Positions 51,044 through 62,873 of a stretch of 64,000 nt of DNA are shown here, in pieces. The translations under genes were made by a program, and so were the position numbers. The DNA comes from Eledone cirrhosa (lineage: Eukaryota). Every line of letters begins with the position of its first letter. The first letter of the stretch is position 1. The notes under the pieces are model-generated. The model was not told the DNA's origin and made no database searches. It saw only the letters and a list, made by a program, of their open reading frames with translations. Location of the stretch: contig OZ024745.1 of the NCBI GenBank assembly GCA_964016885.1, positions 109,926,001 through 109,990,000 of the forward strand, written 5' to 3'.

Positions 51044-51597
51044 CTGAACTCCTACATGAGTATCCCATTTTTTGACCAACTGAACTCCTACATGAGTATC
51101 CAGTTGTTTGACCAACTGAACGCCTACATGAGTATCCAGTTGTTTGACCAACTGAACTCCTACATGAGTATCCAGTTGTTTGACCAACTGAACTCCTACA
51201 TGAGTATCCAGTTGTTTGACCAACTGAACTCCTACATGAGTATCCAGTTGTTTGACCAACTGAACTCCTACATGAATATCCCATTTTTTGACCAACTGAA
51301 CTCCTACATGAGTATCCAGTTGTTTGACCAACTGAACTCCTACATGAGTATCCAGTTGTTTGACCAACTGAACTCCTACATGAGTATCCAGTTGTTTGAC
51401 CAACTGAACTCCTACATGAATATCCCATTTTTTGACCGACTGAACTCCTACATGAGTATCCAGTTGTTTGACCAACTGAACTCCTACATGAGTATCCAGT
51501 TGTTTGACCGACTGAACTACTACATGTGTATCCAGTTGTTTGACCGACTGAACTACTACATGTGTATCCAGTTGTTTGACCAACCAAATTTCTACAT
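51044..51597. repeat. 36-bp minisatellite, ~15 units
   Basis: Unit CTGAACTCCTACATGAGTATCCAGTTGTTTGACCAA; CCCATTTTTT variant in units 1, 7 and 11. Confidence 0.95.
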
Positions 51598-52651
51598 GTG
51601 AAATTAATATGTAAGTGTGTGATTCTACCATTGACATATGAACCCATACCACATTTCTCAGGCTGAATCAGTGTGATACATAATAATAAGGCAGGTACAA
51701 TCCAGAGTGAGAGGGAGGTAATCAATTCTAGTTCTAGAGTGGTACCTTATTTATGGACCTTTGAATTCCAGGTACAATCCAGAGAGAGAAGGATCAGCAC
51801 TAGGTCTAGAGTAGCACTTTATTTATTGACACCAAAAGGATGAAAGACAAAGTAGAGAGATTTGAAACCAGGAAAAAGAGAACTGGAATGAATTGCCTTA
51901 TAAATAGGGGTACAAGTAGATGTGACTCAGTAGATTAAACCATTAGTTTGTACTGATGCTCTGTTTCTATTGGTTATAGCCTAATTTAAAAAAAAAATGT
52001 TATTCATATAATAGGTTTTAAATGGATTGTCATTATATTATAATCACAGCTTCCATATTAACATCAGTATAAAAACTGGTAATAATGTTGTTATTGTTGT
52101 TGTCATCATCATTGATAGTTGGTGCCATCATTGATTTTTATCAATATTCTCATAAAATAAAATGAAAAAAATATTTTTTTTAAATGAACATATAAAATGA
52201 AAAGAAAATATTGTGCTGACCTGTAAAGATACAGAAAAATAAATTTTCAAAAATAAAATCTAACAAAAACCCCCAAATCATAAAGGATGAATAATTTGTC
52301 TGGTTTTTAAATGGAGAATTGCTGTCAAGTGCCATGCATTTAGCTCTGCCTGTTCCAAATCTTTAATGATGCAACAGATAAGAGAAAATTTAAATAGCTT
52401 CCCATTTCCCTTAATGATCATTACTTCTCCATATAATGTATAGTGCTGTAGTGGCACACTCTTTAACTATCATGTTAAACACTTCTCAGGAAAAACAAGT
52501 ACCTAATATACAAAAAATGAATATTTATACCTCCATTGAGAAATATACATACATATATATACATATGGATATATATGCACACACTTATATATATATTATA
52601 TATTAAAGTTTTCACACCAACATAGCTGTATACACTTAAGTATGTGTGTTT

Positions 52652-52654
<3 letters not shown>

Positions 52655-52743
<89 letters not shown>
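52655..52743. repeat. (CT)n microsatellite
   Basis: Direct inspection. Confidence 0.95.
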
Positions 52744-52750
<7 letters not shown>

Positions 52751-53184
52751 ATATATATATATATATATAAAGTCAAATATTAAACAATGATATGTATATA
52801 CACAAACACACATACATATTATAAAAACATTCATATATAGTATATATATATATATATATATGAATATGCACATATATTTACATATATATAAATGCTTGGA
52901 ATATATACATGTATGTATGTATAATCACCATCATCATTTAAAATCTGCTTTCCATGCTTGCAAGAAATGAATAGGTTGTCACAGGTTAAGACGAGACAGC
53001 TTTGAGAATTTTGTTTTCTTCACACATTCCAATTTTAGCATGTTTATTGTGACTGGCTACCTTTCATAACACCGACGATTATATCGACTATATCGAGTGC
53101 TTTTTACTGAAGCACCAGCACAAGAAAGTTTACAGCAAACCTCATTACATTACTAGTTCCACAATAAGATATATATATATATAC

Positions 53185-53215
<31 letters not shown>

Positions 53216-53217
53216 AG

Positions 53218-53887
53218 CATAAATGAACTAAGAAAAAAATTAGAAATAAGAGGGATCAGATGTTGTTTACTCGAGAGAAGGCTACGTTGGTATGGTCACG
53301 TGATGCGTATGAAAGACGACAGCTGTATAACAAAGTGCAGGGCAATAAAGATAGACGGTAGCCACGGAGTAGGCAGACCCAGAAAAACCTGGGACGACAT
53401 GATAAATTCCGACCTCACACGCTTACACCTCTCCAAGACAATGTCACTGGACCGAGACCTTTGGCGGTACTCAGTAATAGAGAAGACCCGCCTTACCTAA
53501 ATACAAAGTAAAACCTACTACAGTCAGTAGGCATCTCTAACAAAACACATCCCCCCCCACCCCATCCACACCGCCCCTTTCAATGTAAAGTTATGTTGGT
53601 GCCACAAATGAGATCGTGTAGGCCGAAACAAATGAGATCGTGTAGGTGTCACGACAAAAAAACACACAGTCCACGCTGTAATGTGGCCGTGTAGGCAACA
53701 CGGTAAAAACCTCCCAGCCCCACACTGTAAATGTGGTTGGTGTTAGGAAGGGCATCCAGCTGTAGAAAACCCGCCAGACAGTCCTATGCAAGCAAGACAA
53801 TCACTCTTGCCTCAAGTGGGAAAACCCCCGTCCAAACCCATGCAAGCGTGGAACACGGACGTTAAACGTTGATGATGATGATGATGA
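53218..53887 (+). mobile_element. RTE LINE 3' end with complete 3' UTR
   Basis: INELRKKLEIRGI..RRLRWYGHVMRM..GRPRKTWDD..DRDLWR, stop at 53500; UTR has 48-bp modules, GGAAGGGCATCCAGC and (GAT)n. Confidence 0.9.
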
Positions 53888-53905
53888 TATATATATATAT
53901 AAATA

Positions 53906-54099
53906 TAACGACGGAGGTGTGGTAAGGAACCAGATGGACCACAACGCACCAAAGTACTCAATACTTAAGGTAGTAGAGTGGGTAATAGGAAAATGTTTGA
54001 CTCCGATGGCAGAGCTCAAGCCATTTCGACAGCTATTTCTGGACTGAAATAGCCGTCGAAATGGCTTGAGCTCTGCCGTCGGGGTCAAGCATTTTCCTA
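53906..54099 (-). mobile_element. Family F hairpin + tail element, second copy
   Basis: Reverse complement of 46212-46422; arms 53986-54039 and 54046-54099. Confidence 0.8.
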
Positions 54100-54533
54100 T
54101 ATACATATATATATCTATATCAAGATCCAGGATCTTGAAATCACTCATGGAGGAGGAACCCCTCCCTGGATCCCTTCCACTCAGTTCTGTCCCTTGCCAG
54201 TCTTGGCCATGAGGGTCCCAGGTGGTTGGGGAAGTTGTCTCGCCATCTTTGACAGAAACAAGTTCTTACATAGTTTAATTACAATTGTTTCCAAACAAAA
54301 CATTTCTATAAACACAGAACTAGGTAAATGCACTCATAATATTAATGATAGTAATAAGAATATAAACAAGAGGAATAGTGTAAATACTTTATGCTTGTTA
54401 GTGTTTAAAAAGATTTGCATCTCCTCAGAAAATTAAGCAATTGCATCAAAGAAAAGCGAGTATTGAGAAGAGACATGTTGATATTTTAGCAATGATATAT
54501 ATATATATATATATATATATCACTGTCTTTTAC

Positions 54534-54915
54534 CGTTTTTTACGTCCGCTCTTCCACGTTAGCATGGGTTAGACGGCTTGTCCTGTTGTGGGCAGTGTCC
54601 GGTCAGCTGACGCTGTCTTGCTCATACGGGAACTGAACCTGGCTTGATTTCTACAGCTGGATGCCCTTCCTAACACCAACCTCATTTACAGTGAGTGCTG
54701 GGTGCTTTTTTGCCATGGCTCCTCCATGACCACTTTGCAGTGGAATGATGGGGGACCCCAGTCGCTATCATCTCATTTCTACAGCTGAGTAAACTGGAGC
54801 AATGTGAAATAAAGTGTCTTGCTCAAGAAAACAATACATCACCTGGTCCGAGAATTGAACTCACAACCGTTCGATTGCAAGCCCAATGCTCTAACTACTA
54901 AGCCAGGTGCCTTCC
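54534..54915 (-). mobile_element. Full-length CORE-SINE with RTE-like tail (single 48-bp module)
   Basis: Reverse complement of the 16549 family, with intact B box GAGTTCAATTC. Confidence 0.88.
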
Positions 54916-56180
54916 TATATATATATATAAGCCATGCGCCTTCATATATATATAGTTTATTGACAAAGACTGTTGATATTAACTCAACGGTCCGCAGCCA
55001 ATGTTTAGCTCACTCAATAAATCTGCCAAGTTGCAGTAATGCAACTGCAATCAGTAGATCAGAGTGCATACATTTTAGTTAATAGCAGGGACAGTGGGTG
55101 TATTTTGGTAGAGATAAAAGTAAATATATATATATCTATAAAGAGAGAGAGAGGGGGGGAGCTTGGTGCACAGAGTTCTGTGTTACCACTTACACTTTAC
55201 TGCTAGTCAAAAGTAGCAATATGAAAATTGGAGTACCAATCTCTGAAAATACAGCTTTGAATAACAATTACTCCACTCTACTTCAGTGTATAGAATCATA
55301 ATACACTTAATTGTGTTAACACATAACTAGTCTTTGCTCTTATATGTATGTATATAAACTTAAGAAAATTAACAAAAGGACAAGACAAGGAACTTAAACA
55401 AAACAAAATAAAAACAATTTTTTAAGGGGAAACCTTAATAAATTATTTTAAAAAAATAAATATACAAATGAAGGACACAGAATGGTCATCGGCCATTGAG
55501 ATGGACTTGGGCATTTTTGGTACTGCTGGTCCATCCTGGGTCACAGCATCTGACACAAGCCAAATGCTGTCCAAAGGAGTGAAAGACGAAAGACAAATAG
55601 TAATTTATAACAATTAAGCTACAAACATATATGATTTTGTGGGACATTTGGGAAATTGTCATGTGCCTCACATGGGATGTGAAACCTGAGTGAAACAAAG
55701 AACAAAAAAATGGAAGAAAAATAGAAAGAAAGAAAAAAGCAAGAAGAAAGTAAGATATTGTGTTGTACACAATGTCACATAAAAACATCTGCACCCAGTT
55801 CATCTTTGATACATTTTATTTAACTTAATATCACTGAAGTAGACTTTCTTGTTTACATCTTAACAGAATCCATAATTTCAATATTATCTAACAAAATATA
55901 TTGGTTATCAGATTAATTAATGTCCATTAGAACTGCAAATAATCAATTCTTGCCTTGTCTAATGTGTGTATGTGTATTCAGGCTAATGTGTACATGTGAA
56001 AGAATCTGTGTATATGAGAATGTGAGAATCTGTGTTGTTGCTGCAATATAAAGTTAAGAGACTGTGCAGAACTCTCATTGGCTGATGACTCCCTACAAAC
56101 ATTCAGATTTACATATATGATGATGAATTTACACAAAATATATTATAGAAAAGAAATAAGAAATATTCAAAAAACAAAAA

Positions 56181-56691
56181 AAAAAGGCATCCAGCCCACA
56201 CTGTAAAATGTCACGACAAAAAGTGCCCAGCTCACACTGTAAAGTGGTCATGTAGGTGTCACAACAAAAAGTGCCCAGCTCACACTGTAAAGTGGTCATG
56301 TAGGTAACACAACAAAAAGTGCCCAGCTCACATTGTAAAGTGGTCATGTAGGTATCACAACAAAAAGTGCCCAGCTCACATTGTAAAGTGATCATGTAGG
56401 TATCATGACAAAAAGTGCCCAGCTCACACTGTAAAGTGGTCATGTAAGTATCACGACAAAAAGCACCCAGCCTACACTGTAAAGTGGTCATGTAGGTGTC
56501 ACAACAAAAAGTACCTAGCCCACGCTGTAAATGTGGTTGTCGTTAGGAAGGGCATCCAGCTGTAGAAACCTAACCAGAAACAGTTCTATATGAGCAAGAC
56601 ACCTGGCCCGACTTGCCTCTAATGGGACAACCCATCTAACCCATGCTAGTGTGGAAAATGGACATTAAACGATGATGATGATGATGATGAT
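56181..56691 (+). repeat. ~7 copies of the 48-bp module + RTE/SINE tail
   Basis: CTCACACTGTAAAGTGGTCATGTAGGTGTCACAACAAAAAGTGCCCAG units, then GGAAGGGCATCCAGCTG..(GAT)n. Confidence 0.9.
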
Positions 56692-57049
56692 AACATTAAT
56701 ACAAAACTATCTAGTACACAAGCAAGAATAGATGTAATTTTTTTTATTATTGTACTGTATGAACAACTGTCAAGACATTGAATGTATTCAGTTGTGATTA
56801 AGCATACCATGCTCCTGTGTGATGTATGAGGTGAGAGAAAGGGTTGAAATCAGGAAAGTCTGCCAAGCAAAACCTATATACCATAAAAATAGACAAATTT
56901 GACAAATTTGACAATTGCTGCCAAATGTAGACAAATTTGACAATTTTGACACTAGACAAATTTGACAATTGCTGCCAAATGTTCACCAGAAAATTAATAA
57001 GGACTTCTTAACGTTCTCCACCACCAAAGTCAACACAACTTACTAGAAC

Positions 57050-57387
57050 TCTTCTTCTTCTCCCACTTATTCCTGAAAGGGTCGTGGGGTCAGAGTCCTC
57101 AAACACTCCTTGCAGTGGGTCCTGTCAGAAGCAACCATCTCCAACTGATCGAGCTGGATTCCCAAGTGAGACCAGCCAAGCTCATGGATGTTATCCAACC
57201 ATCTTGCTCAGGGTCTACCCCTGGGTCTCTTGCCAGTTGGTTTTGCCCATAAAATTTGTCCAGCGATTCTTTTCTGAGACATTCTAATCACATGCCCATA
57301 ATATCGAAGCTATGATCTCTTAATTTGGAGAAGTAGTGGCTCCACCTGGAGTGACTTGCTGATCTTTCACCTACGCACTTTATCGAC
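57050..57387 (-). pseudogene. 3' end of another RTE family (Expander/Rex3-like)
   Basis: DKVR..SLQVEPLLL..LRYYGHVIRM..PTGKRPRGRP*ARWLDNI; (GAA)n tail. Confidence 0.8.
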
Positions 57388-57491
57388 TTACTATAAAGCT
57401 TTGAACTATTAAATAATACCAGCCAGCAGTGAAGTCATTCTTCTCTTCTTTCAAATATATCTTACTATATCAAAGAATTTCCTTCATTTAC

Positions 57492-57573
<82 letters not shown>

Positions 57574-57575
<2 letters not shown>

Positions 57576-57640
57576 GGAGAATATTCAAAACCCTGGCGGT
57601 GTTATGGTCCACCTGGTTCCTTACCACACTTCCTTCGTTA
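57574..57640 (+). mobile_element. Family F internal-deletion derivative
   Basis: TAGGAGAAT start joined to GTTATGGTCCACCTGGTTCCTTACCACACTTCCTTCGTTA; in (TA)n. Confidence 0.7.
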
Positions 57641-59014
57641 TATATATATATATATATAAGAGAGAGAGAGAGAGAGACATATATATATAGAGAGAGAGAG
57701 AGTGAGAGACTGATTGACCAAGCTCTTCTATGAAGACAAAACCAACAAAATAGGAATACAATGTAGACAAGTATATTTTTAAATGATCAGCCGCTTCTCC
57801 AAATATGTTCTTGAAATTTACCTTACAGAGGGAAAAAAAGTTGATTCAATTTCATTTTGTGAAGGAAAGTCATGAACTTGAAATTAAACTGCCAATGAAA
57901 AAACTATCTTTATATATAAGAAAGAAATAGATACATAGATAAAGAGACATAGATTGATATATAGAGTGATACATAAGTATAGTAAGACAGTTTTAGAGCT
58001 GATGATTTCAGTGGTCGAAAGGTTTAATTTACAAACAAAGTTATGAGAAATTATGAGAAATATATCTAAAGAAAAAAAATCAATATTTCATGAAACATAA
58101 ATTTAATACATTTTTCTTCCTAGCCACAATATCATTAACACTCATAAATATATGTATGTATGTAAATGAATGTACACTTACATTTACATACATATCATAT
58201 ATATATATATATAAGTACACATACATGCACTCTGACAAATACACACACACATATTTTTAATATAAATACACACACATACTCATATTTGGACACACATACA
58301 TACAGATATATAAGTACACATCCATGCATGCACACAAATACACACCCACATACACACACATATTTTTAATATAAATATCTATCACACACTCTCATATCTA
58401 TCTATATATATATATATATTCCTGGTCTAATACAAATACGCACACACACACACACATATAAATATATATGTATATATGGACACACATATATACAAGTACA
58501 CATTCCTGTTCTAATATAAATACACACACACACATATAAATATATATGTATATATGGACACACATATATACAAGTACACATTCCTGCTCTAATACAAATA
58601 CGCACACACATATATTTTTAATATTTCCATAGGGACGTTCATTCTTTATGTGAACTTCATAGCTTGACTTATTAATAATCCTATAATTCAGTTTTATTAA
58701 ACAGTTCTTGTGCATATTTCGGTGACAAAGCCTGGCATTTGCTTCAAAGAATAAGCTTTGTTTCACATTTCCAAATATTAATTTTCCAATTGAAAAGTAA
58801 TTTTTAAATTAGAAAAATTAAATGAAAGACAAGCATTAAATTTGAAATTTTTAAATTAGAGCAATGTGCAGATTATATTAAACCTGTATTTTGTCTTATT
58901 TTAAAACAAAAACTTCTTTTGCTGTTGTTACTCTTCTGTTAACACTTTTGGAGCAGAAGGCATGCCCTGTGGAAGTAGGGTTCTACTGAAACATGCTGAT
59001 TGAACATAGTTGCT

Positions 59015-59239
59015 TTAACCCTTTAGCATTTAAACCTGCCATATCCTACCATAATTCTCTCATCTCTTTTGCTCAAATTGGTCGTAATTGGCTGCTCATA
59101 CTAATGTTAAGGTATTATTTTCAAAATAAATATCAAAATCTTGTAGATTCGTTAGTATGTAATATAATATGTGAGATAAAGCCTTTTCTGTTGAAAATGC
59201 AATAGTATATATAGAGTAATGTGAATGCTAAATGGTTAA
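59015..59239. mobile_element. MITE family C
   Basis: TTAA-CCCTTTAGCATTTA ... GAATGCTAAATGG-TTAA. Confidence 0.85.
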
Positions 59240-59303
59240 CTGTTACTAGAATGACAAAATAATAATTCAAATATGATAGTGCTATGTCCTTTAGAATATA
59301 TAT

Positions 59304-59532
59304 ATCATCATCATCATCACCGTTTAACGTCCATTTTCCCACGTTAGCATGGGTTAGACGAGTTATCCTGTTGTGAGCAATGCCAGGTCAGGTGGCTATG
59401 TCTTGCTCATACAGAACTGATTTGGGCTTGGTTTCTACAGCTGGATGCTCTTCCTATTGTCAACATCATTTACAGTGTGGACTGGGTGCTTTTTGTTGTG
59501 ACACCTACATGACCCCTTTACAGTGTGGGCTG
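59304..59532 (-). mobile_element. RTE/SINE 3' tail fragment
   Basis: (ATC)n-CGTTTAACGTCC..AGCATGGGTTAGA..CAGCTGGATGC..48-bp module. Confidence 0.85.
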
Positions 59533-59570
59533 AAAGCTTCACTGGATGTATACTTCATATATATATATAT

Positions 59571-59902
59571 AATGACTGATAAGTTTCAGAAAAGTGGTCC
59601 AATGCTGTAGAAATATATAAAGGGCAAAGGATCATAAATAAAACAAAACAAAGTAATGTTTTTACCCAGTATATTTCGACATAATATTTTGGGCTATCAT
59701 CATCTTTTCAAATGTAAAAACGAAAAGGGCTTGTTTAGTTTTGAATTGTTTCCATTTTTACATTTGAAAAGAGGATGAAATCCCTGAAATATTATGTTTA
59801 AATGTTTTGGGTTAAACATTACATTGTGTTGTTTTTTATCATCCTTTGCCCTCTATATATTTCTGCCACAGTGCACCAGCTTTCTAGAATGTGCCAGTCA
59901 TT
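59571..59902. mobile_element. Old fold-back MITE with ~150-bp arms
   Basis: For example CTTTTCAAATGTAAAAA / TTTTTACATTTGAAAAG, AGGGCAAAGGAT / ATCCTTTGCCCT and AATGACTG / CAGTCATT. Confidence 0.75.
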
Positions 59903-60554
59903 TATTGCATACCTCACAATGGTTCATATTAACTATACTACTTTATATATATTCAAAATCCAGGGCCTTCTCATTCCTGTTTGAGGAACCTCTCTCTGGT
60001 TGACCTCCACCACCTCCTATCTCTGGCCATATTAGACAATGTGAGACTGAGGTATTGGGTCAGATTGTCATGGCATCTTGCTTTTGGCCACCTTCTGGTG
60101 TTCACCCTGTCACTTTAATAGTGCATGTGGTGTCACTGTGAAGAGAGACATAACCAGACCATCTATTTTTAGAACCATTAAGCAATAAGAAGTTTTGAAT
60201 TTGTAAATTAGAACCTTCAACGTTTTTTTTTTAATCTAATGTCGGCCATATAAATGCTTGAGATGGACAATTTTGTATAACACCATCCCACATAAAACGT
60301 GTCCATCTCCACAAAATGAGGCAAGGATAAGTGGAGCAGCCTTTTTAAGTGCTAATTTATTTTGTAGGGTGGCTCTTTTGGTCTGCTGCATTGTATAATG
60401 TGGTGGGGAAAGCAAGCACAGACCACCTCCAGTGACACAAACTTTAGCTCCAGCTCTGACTAGGATATTACTAAACTGATACATCTCCAAGAGAATTTCT
60501 ATCAATATTTAAGATTAATTCACCTGGAGAAGTCATTAGTGGTTACTAAGAATA

Positions 60555-61510
60555 CTAAGTGGAGATGAATGGCTTGTGAGACCTATGCAAGCCATCAATC
60601 GAGATGCTGTCAGTGAGGTGAGAGTTAGCAATGTATTCAGCTCAGTTCTTAGCCTCCTTCAGTGACAGATAACTCTCCAAACCATAACTGAGGAGTTTAA
60701 GACCACTTGTTGTAAATTCCAATGATTTAGTTCTCATAGATGAATCTGTTAAAGAATTAGAGGGGTAAAATCAAAATTTCAGTAAAACTAGCAAAAACAA
60801 ACAATTTAGCTAGCAGAAAAAAAAAAAGACGGAACTCTATTGCCATTTGACAAGTGGCCACCATGCATGATATGCTGAAAAAAAGCAGTGAGGAATTCTA
60901 TACCATGTACAAGAGGGACTATGGAATCACAAACAGGCTTACAGTGGAGGACTCCATATGTAGTGGACATAATACATGTATAATTATTTGTTAGAACATT
61001 CATGAAGAATATTCTTTCAAATACTCAAAGTGCTCCAGAGAAGTAATTGATAGTTTCTGTTAACTAGATCATCTAATTAATGGTGGAAGAGAAGGATGTT
61101 CAGAAAGTATAGTAGCAAGTGTAAGAACAGAGAGGACAATTTTCAGAGGGCTGCTCCCTCTGCAATAAAGAAATTAATTCTTTAAATGAAAAGTTGGTTG
61201 TATGATACTTGTGTATGAAGTGCAATGTTGCATGGTATTGAAATATGGGCTCTAAATAGAGAGAATGTATTAAGGTTAGGAAGACATGGAGATGAGCTAA
61301 CTCTACTGGATGTGTTATATTACTATGTATGAACAATGGAGCACAATGAACTGAGCGAAAGACTAGTTATGAAATATAGTCGACAAAAAAGATGTCTGAG
61401 TTGATGTGGATATGTCATACATATGAAGGATGGCAGTTGGGTAAAACACTGCTTAGTGATCTAAAAGGAAAGTAGCTGTGAAAGAAAAAGACCAAGGAAG
61501 ATATGTGAAG
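60555..61510 (+). pseudogene. Highly eroded RTE LINE (RT to C-terminus)
   Basis: Remnants collinear with 37920-38900: GAGTGGATGAATGG-like, AAACTAGCAAAAACAAA, AAGTGGCCA, GTAATTGATAGTTTCTGT, AGACCAAGGAAGATATG. Confidence 0.65.
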
Positions 61511-62787
61511 AATTTTTTTTTTTTTCAAACAAAAACAGAGGTTTATTTTTAAAATAAAATTTAGTAAGAAAAAATAGAAAAAAGGGGAAACAAAAGGAAA
61601 GAAAGAATAGGGAAATATAGAAAAGAAGAAAAAGAACGGAAAGGGGAGAGGATGGCAAGAACTCTGGTGTCCGCAGAAGAGAGAGGAGGGGTGAAGGGGA
61701 GGGGGCTTTGGCCTAGGGCAAGGGGGAAGAAGTGGTGAGCACCACTGACAAGATGGCAAAAACATTCCCCCAGACAATGGCAAGTGACACCTGCTGCAAG
61801 ACAATCTCAGAAGGCTTGAACTCATGAAAAATATGACAAACGATGCAACAAGTGGTAAGCTGGTGTACTGGAAAGAAACTTTACAATTCTACAAGCATAA
61901 GAAAAAAGGATATTAAATTATATATATATTCTATTTTCACAATATATATTTTGAGAAGAAAACATTTCTTTCATTTTTTAGAAATTAACTGGAGAATAAT
62001 GCTGAAAGTACAAAAGTGGAGGTGGCAGCAGTGGTAGTGGTGTTAGTGGTGGTGGTGATGGTGGTGGTGTTGGGCGTGTTGGTTTGTGTAGTGATGAAAG
62101 GGAAAACTAGTGGTTATTGCCATGAGTTGTCCTTTAAATATTTTTTATGCTGTTTTGGGGGAATTTTTTTTTTTTTTTTTATGTTTTATGTTTTATGTTT
62201 TCTTTTTAAATTTTGTCATCATACTCCAGCAGACATCATGATATGCATGATTCTTTTAAGACCCAACACTACCACTACCCTGGTTATTTTGATTGCTATC
62301 CATGTTGTTTGGTAATGGGTGATGTGTAATGCTATTAGCAATGCTGGTGATGGCAGTATTTTGATGATTTTATTTAATGTTGATGATAATAATTTTCCTA
62401 TACGTTGTTAGTGAACAATCTATCGAGAGGTGGCTTTAGTGTCAGAATTTTGGTGCTGAGAATAATAGAATAAATAAAAGCAGAATTATAAAGTAAAAAA
62501 GAAAACAACACAACAAAAAGAAAAGAAAGAAAACATCTTTTCAACTAACTATACTGCATTTTGCACTTATTCTGATGGTTCATATGCATATATAACTGTA
62601 TAACAGGTGGAAGATTTACCAGTGTAAACATATACCACAGCAGCCATGATCTTGTTTACAAACTGCCCTATTAAGAAGTTGCTATGGTGACATGAGAGTG
62701 GCATAAAAGTGTAAGTTTTTGTATATACGTATGTGCGTACACAGACATATATGTGCATACATACATATATATACACACATACATACA

Positions 62788-62873
<86 letters not shown>

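Noticed and set aside
51020-51725. Repeat ORFs (SSVGQTTGYSCR and others)
   Set aside because: The 36-bp unit is open in three frames on both strands, with no synonymous-site pattern or recognisable domain.
61712-61830. Minus-strand peptide VSLAIVWGNVFAILSVVL resembling GPCR TM1
   Set aside because: Followed by a stop within eight codons, with no good donor and no TM2-7 exons found; likely chance.
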